This document shows, piece after piece, positions 36,204 to 47,525 of a stretch of DNA of 64,000 nt. Position numbers and translations under genes: made by a program. The notes under the pieces are model-generated. The model was not told the DNA's origin, did no database searches, and was given only the letters and a program-made list of their open reading frames with translations. Location of the stretch: positions 9,364,001 through 9,428,000 of the forward strand of contig NC_087438.1 of assembly GCF_036321535.1 (NCBI RefSeq), written 5' to 3'. The DNA comes from Camelus dromedarius. Its lineage: Eukaryota. The stretch's first letter is position 1, and every line of letters starts with the position of its first letter.

Positions 36204-38350
36204 AATCTGGTTGGAAAAGTCAAAGATCAAGGCTACCGTTAGCAAAAATCAGATAACTTGCAGTGAGACCCTAATGGTGGGCTGTAGATGAATCACCATC
36301 ACCAGAAACTGTTCAAAGTTTCCTCAGCATCCTGCTTTACTATCTCTAGCCAACGAAGTTCACAGAAACTTAATTGCTTTGATGTTCATTTGCCACATCC
36401 TTTATTTAATCTAAACGGCTGTTCAAGCAGACATCAGGACTGTGGACACTTTAGCAAAATCCTTAATATTTGTGAAGCTTGTTTTCTTTCTTTTTTTTTT
36501 TTTTTTTCAGCCTACCCACAGAACCATTATAGCGGCAGCCATAGAAAAGCTGAGTTGAAGACTCCAAAATCATGTATAACTTTGAGATAAATAAAATGCG
36601 CTTTTGGAAACTTATGCCATGCCTCATAATAGACTTCACTTCACCTCATCAAATAATGGAACGAGAAAATGAAACCCTCTTCTTAACAACAATTTGGACT
36701 CAGTGAGATTGTATTAAATTAACTGCCCTAGGACAAAAAGATACTTGTCTTCCCGCAGTAGATGGGAACCGACAGATCTAAGAGGGTAAGTGGAACTCTC
36801 TTATTGTTGATGCTTCATACCTCACAGCTTTCTCCTGAGGCCAAAGCCCCCTGGTGTCCTTTACCACACACACACAAGACTGACATTTCTTTTAATCCAT
36901 GAAAAAGCATGGACAGCATAGTGGCAATGAGGTCCCAATGGTCCTTTAGCTACTTCGCGGCTTCTCTGTCAGTACCGGATCGTAGCTAAAATAGATGTTT
37001 AAGATTGGTTTCATATTTAAAACATTCTCATCTGTCAGCATTCTCCTTGTTACAGCGATCATCACAGGGTCACATGTAAGCAACAGGAGACTTGAAAGTT
37101 TTTTTAATATGTGTGACATTATTTTAATTTAATCATCTTGCCCTGTCTTTCACTTAAGTTTGTTCCCAGTAAATTCTGAAGTCTGTTTTTCAGCAGCAAG
37201 AAAAGACACAATTGTACAATCATATGTGCCATTGATCATGGATTTGGGTCTGTGCAACTCTGATTTTCCAGTACCCCTTTTCCTTTACTCAGTGATTTAC
37301 TTTCAACAATAGCTTTGTGAATTTAACATTGAAATGACTTAAGTATTAACTTGTAAGTTCTGTCTAGACTTTGACATTCATCCAAATGCTATACCTCTGA
37401 AAGTGATAAAATAAATGCAAAAAATAATAATATGATGAGTGTTTTTGACGTGGGTCATGGTGGAGGCAATATTATAGGAGGCATGGATTTAAGTAACATT
37501 GGCAAGAAACGCCAATGATATTCCTGAATCATTGTAAAGCTAAGTCATTTCTATCACAATTATCCTAGAATTTCATTATTACAACCCCTTAATCATTTAA
37601 CTAGTGAGCAGTATAATCTAGCATAAGATCCTTAACTTATTTAATTAACCGTCATATATTTACAAGTTTTATGCCAGGATCTTCCTTTGACACTTAGGTA
37701 CCTTTTCGGAGCAAGAAGAATCAAATACATAAAAGGAACTGACTGATAATTTGAACATTTACATAAATAGTATCCTGGTCAGAGGAAAAATTCTGAAGTC
37801 ATCCTTGATCCCCTGTCCCTGTCCTTTGGCATTCCAGTTGTGAGGCTGGCTGCTGTCATCAGTAGGCTGTGAAAGTCCCTGTTTATCTGTGTGTTCCTTA
37901 TACTGTGTGCAAAGCCTTGTTGGTATACAGTAGACATTACATAAATGTTTGAATTAGTGAATCAATTCAAGCTTTCTATTTGGACTGGAATAGAAAAAAA
38001 AATCAAAGATTTTTAATAGCAAAGAAACAAGAAAACACAATCTATTGTATTTTGGGGGTTTAGCTGAGACCAGTAAATGATAATGTTATGACTAAAGACT
38101 TGGAAGGAAAACTAAGAATGTAAATACTAGAGAGAACAGACGAGAGAAATTTTATAAGACAGACAACCAGTCTAGAAGTATGACTATTTCCAAACTTTCC
38201 AGTAACAAATAAATAGGAGTTATTTTATGTAAAACTATTAACACTTCATAGAGATAAAGGGTTTAAGGCATTATATAATGTCTTATTTTAAGGAAGGACT
38301 TGTGGATTTGAACAAGAATTTGCTAGGATTTTATCCCTAACAACCTCAAA

Positions 38351-38383
38351 CTGCCACCTGGTGGTGACTTCCCTGAATTGCAG
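38351..38383 (-). promoter_or_regulatory. Predicted CTCF binding site (core plus upstream module)
   Basis: Minus strand reads CTGCAATTC-agggaagtca-CCACCAGGTGGCAG. The core matches CCASYAGRKGGCRS exactly; TGCAATTC starts 18 nt before the core CCAC. Confidence 0.7.
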
Positions 38384-38493
38384 ATGTTTGATCTGGGGTG
38401 CTCAGGGCTGTTTGTAAGGAACTGTGACCCAAATCCCACCAATACAGAGCAATGGAGGTGACATGAGTTCTTGTGGTCCATAGGAGCACACCT

Positions 38494-38533
38494 CCACCAC
38501 CACCACCTCCACCACCACCACCACCACCACCAC
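38494..38533 (+). repeat. (CCA)n trinucleotide repeat
   Basis: About 13 units with one CCT interruption. Confidence 0.95.
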
Positions 38534-41394
38534 TGCACAACCATACACAAAAAAGGAGAAATTAAAAAGCAAACAAACAAACAAGACCTGTTTTCATTAC
38601 CTGTCCCAAAAAAGAAGTCTGGTTTAAATGAAATTTTGGAACAAATGAAGATTTCATTCAGCGCCTTGGCCCATTCTCTTCCTTTGCCAATCCCTTCCAC
38701 ATCTCCCAGTAAAATCACTGCCCTCCTCCAGCCCAACAGCCCTTCTGACCACACCTAACCTGAGCAATCCACTGTGTGCTTGACCCTTCTATGACTTGGA
38801 AAACTCACATGTCCAGAATTACATCAAAGTGATACAAGGTACGCCATTTGTTAAAGTGTCGTGACCTGATAAGGCCTAGCCCAAAAGAGTGTATATAAAA
38901 GTGAATTCATTACTATAAACTATTTTGTTTCTTTGTGTATAATGCTAAGCATTTTAATAAAGGAGTCTCATTTTTCACAGATATCTTTCAGAATGCTAAT
39001 TGATGATATGATGATTATGATGGGTTATGTTTCTCTGATATGAAATACAAACAGAAATATATTCATTAATTTTTTTCTGGTTGTGGTTTACACTCTAAAA
39101 ATCTTTAAAAGTATAAGAATATCTATAAGCTGCCAGAAAATAAGCCCTGTTTTCCATAGTCAAGGGTCTGTAACCCAGGTAATTAGGCAGTTGTTCAAGA
39201 GTAGATGGCGATAAAGATGGTTTAAGAGGAGAATAATGAGCCTTTTTCATTAAAGAAAACGACTGCTTCGGAAAATAAGTCTTAACTTATCAAGAGGCCA
39301 CTCAAGTATCCATTGCACTTGGTTCCTACAAACAGTGTCCAAACATCTCACTCCAACTAACCAATAGCTTTACTATTTCTCAGTGCAAAGCCAAGATCCA
39401 TATTTTAAGATCAAATTCTAGGCCTTTATTCGGTTACCAAAACGGAGAGTTGCTTGAGGAATCCTGAGGTGTGCATCAAAGTAGGATTGAGATTTTGAAC
39501 AAGTCTTTTAAGTGTTTTTGTCCTCACTCTCTATAATATATTCATTCAAAAGTTTAGCATCATCATATTTAATATAAAGGACAATAAGGCATATCATGCC
39601 TGAATCTCTAAAGATAAGAAAAAATTGTGTATTAGAAAATGGAAAAAATGGAGAAATGGGAGATAGAGATATGATTTTTAGATTAAATCACTAAAATGTT
39701 TAGGAATTTAAGTTACATAAAATTAATATGAGTAGTTTTTTAAAAAAATCTTTTTACAGTAGAAATAAGCAAAAGCACTTATCTTAATTCAACTTAAAAT
39801 TCCTATTTTTAGCTTTCAGTACTGTCCTGACACATCAGAAAAAATGAAGCTCCACGTCACAATTCCAAAGGAAAAAAGAGCAGCAAGTAGCCTCTTCCAA
39901 AGCAGAACATATTTTTCTCTGAAGAAAAATGGGAAAAATTGAGTTAACGTGCTATGATAGTCATCAGGGTTGATCACACAAGTGTGAGGTGAGATTTCTG
40001 AACTGCTCTGCTCCAAGTACAGATTTCCCAGTGTGGATTTACACAAACCAGCCAACGCAATGAAACAGATCTTTATTCACATTGAAATTGAGGGCCCAAT
40101 ACATTAAATAATAGCCCAGTTGCCAGAAAAAAATACTTCCTGAAAATGGAAACTCTCCAAGCTTGTGAATAATTTAGATTTTTATTTTAATTTTGTTTTT
40201 GTTTTAATCAATTTCTGCTGGCATACATATGCTCATTGCACAAGTGTGGAGAGCTCACACTAGTAACTGGCACACAGTACTTTTTTTCTATGCCCTATAG
40301 AGACAATGTTTCTCTCAGTCACAGTAAATAGGCTATGCCTTGGTCAAAAAAACAACTCTAAATCTTCATAGCTTAAAACAAAGATTCTTTGTGACAAGTG
40401 TCAGGAATACAATCTACTTCCATAGATGAAATATAGTATCTATATAGTAGTGATAATGATAATATTAAATATTATATATATTCTAATGCTATACAATGTC
40501 AACATTATATTTAGGCTATTTAATATTATATGGCTTTTAATGCTTCGTAACAGCTTAGCAGGAAAGATTGTAGAAATCTGAGTCTCTTCAATCACACTAT
40601 AATATAATCTTCAATTTCTGCTAGTTCTGCTAACGTGTAAACTAATGTGTATAAACACATTCTAAACTAGACTTTCTAGCTGGAATGATCTCATGATTCT
40701 TAAATTAGTTTCTTCACACTCAATCTGCAGCAAACCTGTTCTAGGCTATAACACCCTGAGTCTTGGAATAAAATAAAAGATTAGGTTCACTAATGTCATC
40801 AGATGAGCTCTTCTGACAAAATTTATCAGTCATTTGGTCAAATACTTCGCTTGACAGATAATTAGTTTGAAAAACCTTTTTAATGACAAGTGATTAAATG
40901 GACTAAATTTGCCAGCTACCTTGACACCATACATATCTCCCTTAATTGATGGTGTGGAAAATATTTCAAAGTCATTATTTATTTGAAATATTTCCAAAAC
41001 AGATTTAAAGTGTAGCACATTATTATGGCTTTTTGTTAAGCTTAGAATGTCTTTTGAGGCATGCTTATTTTCTAGAACGTGTTTGAGAAACCCACGAATA
41101 AATGTGGCCCTGCCTATTAAAAATAAGCACTATTTTTCAATCAAAGTGAGCAAGATGGATTTAAAGTACGATTTAAGTGCAGTGTCTAGCTATTTCTCGC
41201 AGTTGTTTCTGGGTGCCTGAACAGATATTCATGTACAATGCTTACGAATGTATTTTCATATAAATGATACCACAGTATTGAAAGGAATCCAAGCAGACAT
41301 GAACACATCATCACATCTTCCCTACCCCATCCTTACCCAACTAGTACCGCATACAGCCTGGGACCAATAATACCATCCATGTCCATTTAGGCAG

Positions 41395-41483
41395 CCATAT
41401 TTGGGACATATGTATGCTAAAAAAAAATTTTGTTATTTATCTGAATTTTAAATTTAACTGGCTGTTTCATCTGGAAATCCTGG
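41395..41483. mobile_element. MER53-like hAT fragment
   Basis: atatttgggacatatgtatgctaaaaaa...tgttatttatctgaattttaaatttaactgg...atctggaaatcct. Confidence 0.7.
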
Positions 41484-41838
41484 TGACAATGCAGTTCCTT
41501 GAAATATAATAGTGGTCAGGTTAAATAACTGTTAATATTTCTTCTGTTTTCTTTGCCTCAGAATGAATTATTCATTTGTGCTGAGCAGTGTGCAAACAAT
41601 AATAAAGCCAAATCCACATTTTCGTGACACTCCTGACAAACTGCCGCCATATTAAAGAAATAAATTACAGGTCCTCTATCGCCTAGCAGCATGGCCCTCA
41701 TCCCTATTTTTGAGGCATTTCAATCAACCTTGCAATCTTCACCAAGATGTAAGATATTAAACATATAATTTATCCACCCTGAAGTAGCATTGATTTTAGA
41801 ACTGTACGATCTTCTGACTTTTTTTTTTTCCAGAGAAT

Positions 41839-41851
41839 GGTCAAACTGACC
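41839..41851. promoter_or_regulatory. Perfect estrogen response element GGTCAnnnTGACC
   Basis: aatGGTCAaacTGACCatt; the palindrome extends over 41836-41854. Confidence 0.5.
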
Positions 41852-42898
41852 ATTTGGGCTATAAATTAGGTTTTTCATGGCTAGCATACTTCACATCGGC
41901 ACTTTATTATACAAGCAACAATTATGTCATCGCCAGGCCCTGGTACAACACGAAGGGAGTGTAAATGTCAGGATTGATGGTGATGGCTCAGAGCCAGCTC
42001 ATTATAATACAGCTGTGTTGCCTTTGAAAGAACTGAGTATGTATTATCCACCTACCAGTGCACCAAAGCCGCATCATAAACATAGATCTCTAACTGCAGC
42101 CCATTTAAATGATGAAAGGGTGTATATTAATCTATGAGATTGATTTTACCCAGGGGGGAGAAATTGTTCTCTCTATTTATGAAAGTCAAAGCATTCAGTG
42201 CACAGAGAAGCACTTATCAAATGAGCCTGCAGTATGAGGATGCATTTCACTAATGCTTCTTGCTAAGATAAATAGTCTGTGGTCGTAAAAGATGCTACTA
42301 CAATTTGCTAGAAATAAAGGAACTAAAAAGAGCGACATGTGTACAGCGTTTTGTAAACCCCGGAGAGTAAATTTTCTAAATTACCTGGCCTCTGTGTTTG
42401 ATATACTTAATTTGAAAGTCATTGATAAAACATGACAGTAATTTTATGCACACATACACATACAAATAACTCAGTAGTTTTTATATTTAGTACTCCTCAC
42501 AGGTAAGTTAATAAATCTTTTGGCAATAATCACATGCTTCAGACATACAAATCATTTTCAGGATCATAGGATCCCAATATTTTTTTTTCAGATTGGGAAA
42601 ATTATTTAAACATAGAATGTTCTCTATTCTTTCTCTCTCCAACAAGATTAGAATGTTTCAATTTAAGTGTGTAACTTCAAAACTAAGCAAGAGAGCTCAG
42701 CAGACTGCTTTCTGTGATGCTTGCCATTCAGATATCTTTGAAGCGTATCATCTCATCTTTAAACAGCATTACCTAAGCCCAAAGTTAGAGGATTTGTTTT
42801 TTCCTCTAGTAGGCTCTTAACAGATGCTTCTGGGCACATCTTCTACCTGCTAACACTCAAATTACAGATTCCAGGGGGAAATGAAACTTCACATAGTT

Positions 42899-43003
42899 TG
42901 AGTATGTGTATGTATGACTGGGACATTCTGCTGTGCACCAGAAGTTGACACATTGTAACTGACTATATTTCAATTAAAGAAAGAAAGAAAGTAAAGTAAG
43001 AAA
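42899..43003 (+). mobile_element. Short L1 3' end with a (GAAA)n tail
   Basis: gtatgtatgactgggacattctgctgtgcaccagaagttgacacattgtaactgactata...aaagaaagaaag; antisense-homologous to 6770-6850. Confidence 0.8.
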
Positions 43004-43359
43004 TAACTGCATATATTTCAAGGCAGGGTTGAGAGAAGTTGGCTTTAAATATTCTCATATATGTTTAGTCTCTGAATTCCTATATAACCTTCAAGATCAG
43101 TGTACTTATCTGCATTTTTCAGGTTGAGACACTAAAATGTGAAAGATGAAAGTCCCAAAACTAACAAATGGATGAGGAAAATTTTGAACCTAAGACTTCC
43201 CATGTTGGGTAGCTGCCTTTCATAGGAGCCCTGCTTCTCTGGGGAGTGGGAGGAGCGGGATGTGGAGTGGGCTACGGACTTCCGGCTGAGCCTCACTTTT
43301 TGTCACATTATCTTCTTCCCAAAGGGCATTTACATCGTCTCCTTGATTCCCAGTTTTGT

Positions 43360-43940
43360 TGGATGGAATCATCCATGTAGAACTTGGTATGAAATCCAGA
43401 CGTCAACTTTAATCCCAACCCCTCTCCACCGAATCATCGGTAAATCCTGTCAACCCACCTCCCCGCGTACCTCTCACACGGGATTCCCTGTTCTTGCCTT
43501 CAGGGCCGCTGCCTCTGCTCAGGTCCTCACTGTCACCTCACCTGGACTGCTACTCTGCCCTGAAGTGGTCTTCCTGTAACAATTGTTTTTTTCCTTTTGT
43601 CACTTCCAGGCCATGCTCCTACATAACTCTTTCTAAAATGCAAATTGAGCCATGCCTGCCATTCCCCGGCTCTTCTTATTTTGATGTCACCCAAATTGTC
43701 TGTAAATGAAATCCAGACATCTTTGTATGGAGTAAGTAAGTCTTTTAATGACCTAGCCATCTTCCTGCCTCTTAGCTTTATCCACCACCCCTGGCATAAA
43801 GGAACCTTACTTTGAAGTCTTACCAATTTTATGATCACCCCATCTATCTACCTCTTTAATTTCGTTAGCTCTTGTCCTCTATAACACTGTCTCCTTCCCT
43901 AGAACAATCTCGATCTCTGGTGCTGCCATAGAAAATTTTG
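43360..43940 (+). mobile_element. L2 fragment
   Basis: atcggtaaatcctgtcaa...caggtcctcactgtcacctcacctggactgctac...tttctaaaatgcaaattgagccatg...aaatccagacatctt. Confidence 0.8.
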
Positions 43941-43945
43941 CTCAT

Positions 43946-44314
43946 TGCTATTTTCTGAATGTCTGTGCCCCCTCTCCCTGCCCAAAGCGTCAGTTCATTT
44001 GTTGAAACCTAACGCCAAATGGAATGGTGTTAGAAGGGGAAGCCTTTGAGAGGTGCTTAGGTCATGAGGATAGAGCTCTCAACAACTGGATCAGAGCTCT
44101 TATAAAAGAGCCCCCACATGCTACTTCCACCGTGTGGGGGCGCAGTGAGAAGCTGGCAGTCTGGGAACAAGAAGTGGGCTCTCACCAGAACGCAGCCATG
44201 CTGGCACCCTGATCTTGGAATTCCCGCATCCAGAGCTGTGAGAAATGAGTTCCTATTGTTTGTAAGCTAACAGGTCTCTGGTATTTGTTACAGCAGCTCA
44301 AAGGAACTAAGACA
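43946..44314 (+). mobile_element. Complete MLT1A-like solo LTR
   Basis: TGCTA...ctgaatgtctgtgcccc...gttgaaacctaac...ggtatttgttacagcagc...actaagaCA; 5-bp TSD ctcat at 43941-43945 and 44315-44319. Confidence 0.92.
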
Positions 44315-44395
44315 CTCATATTTTTAAATGGCTTCAAATAACATTTCCTCAATGAACCATAGCCTTAAGCCATTTTCCCTCTATCTCTCCTTCTA

Positions 44396-44444
44396 TGTGT
44401 GTTTGTGTGTGTATGTCTGTGTGTCTGTGTGCGTATGTGTGTGT
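44396..44444 (+). repeat. Degenerate (TG)n
   Basis: Seen directly. Confidence 0.85.
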
Positions 44445-44834
44445 TTCCCCAAAGCATTCTGAAAAGTGAATAAGATAGAAGAGTTCCAAAAATAGAAAAA
44501 TTTCTGGCTTTTGTCTAAATCTCTTTGCAATTTCCTTATTTGCTTGAAGGGTAAACAAACTAACTTTTTAGAATGATATGCGAGGCATGACTCTTGCTTC
44601 TGTGTTCTGAGTAATTTCTCATTAAATATTTCCTTTCACTTAGATTTCACCAAAACTTATCTTTTTCTCTAAATATATCATTCTTATCAGTACCTCCTTG
44701 GATCTTTCATATGCTGTTTTAAATAATAAGAACCATCTTCTATTATTGACTGAGTGGAAAAATTTCAAAATCCAGCTCACTCAGAACCTTTCAATAAATA
44801 ATTTTAAGAATTGATAGGTAAAGTTGAATAGCAT

Positions 44835-45228
44835 GGTATTAGTCAGTCTTACACTGATAATAACCACGCACACAAAAAAGTCTCAATGTCTTACAACAAC
44901 TTTGTTTGGCTGCTAAACTCTTTTCTGTGTATTTTCTCATTCCTTCTGGGACTCAGACTGAAAGGCAAGCCCCTATTTGAATTTGTCTTTGTTCTGATAA
45001 GTGACAAAGAACTAAAAGGCTGGTAGAAACACAAGATGTCTTTTAAAGTTACATCATGGTTTCAGTGCCCATCACATCCAGTCACCTGCCCTTGGACAAT
45101 ACAAAGCACATGGACCAACCCAGCTTCAGTAGGACACACGGCATGTATGAAGGCAATTCTCAAGGATGAATCATCCTTTAATTAGAAAGATGAGTAACTA
45201 TTTGGGAACAATAATGCAAACTACCTCC
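44835..45228 (-). mobile_element. Old MLT1 (J/K-like) LTR
   Basis: gtattagtcagt...tctcaatgtcttacaacaac...tgggactcagactgaaagg...cacatccagtcacctgcccttgg...aagcacatggacc...tgggaacaataatgcaaactacc. Confidence 0.65.
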
Positions 45229-45254
45229 TTAATTAAATTCATTTGGAAATTTTA

Positions 45255-45400
45255 TCTCTAGCATCTTTCCTCTTTGAACAAAAGAATGTGATTTATTCAG
45301 CCTTTTATATCCAGCAACTACCACAGTGCCTGAAACACAACAGTGTTCACTAATTTTTGGCTAAATGAATTATTGGATGGATGAATGGATAAAGATGAGG
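45255..45400 (+). mobile_element. L2 3' end
   Basis: ttatatccagcaactaccacagtgcctgaaacacaacagtgttcactaatttttggctaaatgaat...gatggatgaatgg. Confidence 0.75.
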
Positions 45401-47492
45401 GAACAAGTGGATATAACAATATTGCACTGTAATTAATTTTTGACATGGAACATAACCAGAAATTCCTCTGAGCATAGGTGTTTTATTCAGATTTCTTTCA
45501 TCACCCTTCCTGAAACTTCCTGCGATGAGCATGGCATGGTGTGGGGACATATTCAGACAATCCTGCTGAGGAATGAGAAAATAAATGACTATAGTGAATA
45601 GACAATCTGAGCCCCTTCATGTAAAATTGTCCTCCGATCAGTCCTCACTAGCTGGGCATGTCATATAAAGGAGACAGGATCCTCCACTAGCTGCAGTTGA
45701 AGAGAACTCTGGAAAACTACCCAAATTTTTGCTCTATACAGCCTCACTCTTGAAAGCACATTGTGTGTATGAGTTTGGTTTTATACAGCTCAATATAATT
45801 AAAATTCAAAGAGGAAGAAATGTCTACCTCCAAAGACAAAAACTGTCCCCTTAAAAATAATGCCAACATCTATTTCTGTCCTGTAAAAAAATATCCAAAA
45901 AGTATTTTATGGCATTTTCTCAGAACAGCATGGAATAAAGTGGAAACAGAAGCTGTAGCTGTGGTTCCATTGTTAAGGGAGTGAACAGAAACACTGTTTC
46001 CAGGTAAGTATATAAAGCTGTGGTGGTTAGTTTTGCTGTTAGTGAGAAATCTGGGCTGAGTCATCTTCTGGTCTCTCATGTAAGACATTTAGTTGTCTGG
46101 AAAGTGATGATGCTATTGTAATTGGCATAGACATTGGCAGTTTGCATGGAAACCACTTGCCTTTGTCATTAATTCCATCCTTGGCTCGCCTGGCCAACTT
46201 ACGTTCCCTTCAGACTGTCAGACTTAACATCTTACTGAATCTTCCATCACAACTACAGTAATTTTTCCTGCTGCCAGTGCTCTTTTTTGGATATGATTTT
46301 GCTCACCAAACTAAATTGAGTATCTATTTAACACCGAGAAGGTTTAATAAAACTAAATTTATCTGCTGCCTTTGAGTTGGGAGGTTCTGAAGAAGGTTTG
46401 AGAACACCCAAGATTTACCCTCTTTTAGTATCATCATTAAAATTAATCATTTCTGAAGGAAATATTTCCAAAAATCTATTCAACATTTACATATTTTCTT
46501 TAAAAAGGATGTAAATATGCATTTGTCTTGATGAATCAGCATTGCTACAATTAGTTCCCATTAATACACTAATTACTGGCTTGCTTGCTTTTTTTAAAGC
46601 TGTTTATTGTAATATTTTGTTTAATTTGTTTGCCTTTTATGAAATTCATTCCCCATAATTTTTAATTGCTACTTGTTATCAGCTGTAATGGATAAAAAGG
46701 TAAAATTTTGACTATAAAATTTCTATACCTATTGAGTCAATAGCCTGGGAATAAAAGTCATTTATATGAAGTGAAAAGCAAACTGTGTAGCATATCCCCT
46801 TTATAAGCCTTTTCTGCTGCATCAGTATTTCCTTCTTTTTTCTCCTTTTTTTTTTTTTCCTTTTGTCAATCAAGCTTGCCAAAACATTAGGACAAATTCT
46901 GTGGACAGGTAAACTAAATAAAATATTTTTTCAGAAAATCTAGAGCACCATTTACTGTAAGATACACCATTATTTTACCACTCTCTAGAAAAGAAAAATA
47001 TTTCTAATTAAGCTTTTTTTTAATCACTCCGAGTTGCTTCATTATAAATTCAGTAGTGATTACTTGAAGACTTATTTAACATGTGTTTTTAGCTTCACAG
47101 TAAAAAAAAAAATAAAAGAAAGAAAATATAAATGGACCAAGTTCATTATGCTACTCCTCAAACTTCTTGGGCAACTTCACTTTCTGTGTGAATCTGTTTC
47201 CTACCATTCTGGCCTTCACCATGGGATAGAATTTTCTTCAACCTGATTATGTAGTTCCAACATTTTCCCTCCAGTAATTTTCATCAGTCACTTTATCAGT
47301 TTTTACTCATTAGCCAACTGAAACTCAGCTATAAAATCTGAAAAGATGTCATACCATGCTTATTTTTCTGGCTTAATTGGGAGAAAATAACACCTCTGTG
47401 TGACCAGACGTTCACTGCGGTTTCTTTCTAAAAACTTACAAATTTTCTCCTGATATGAAAGTCCTGTTTCTTTTGTAAGATCATAACAACAC

Positions 47493-47493
<1 letters not shown>

Positions 47494-47523
<30 letters not shown>
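47494..47523 (+). repeat. (CA)n microsatellite
   Basis: Seen directly. Confidence 0.95.

Positions 47524-47525
<2 letters not shown>

Noticed and set aside
38323..38758. ORFs with poly-His, poly-Trp, poly-Gly and poly-Val runs
   Set aside because: All are translations of the (CCA)n microsatellite, with no supporting splice structure or recognisable domain.
38890..38903. TATA box-like TATATAAAAG
   Set aside because: No CpG island or appropriately spaced initiator; such motifs are common in AT-rich DNA.
39803..39812. MEF2 consensus CTATTTTTAG
   Set aside because: A single AT-rich 10-mer with no supporting context; expected by chance.
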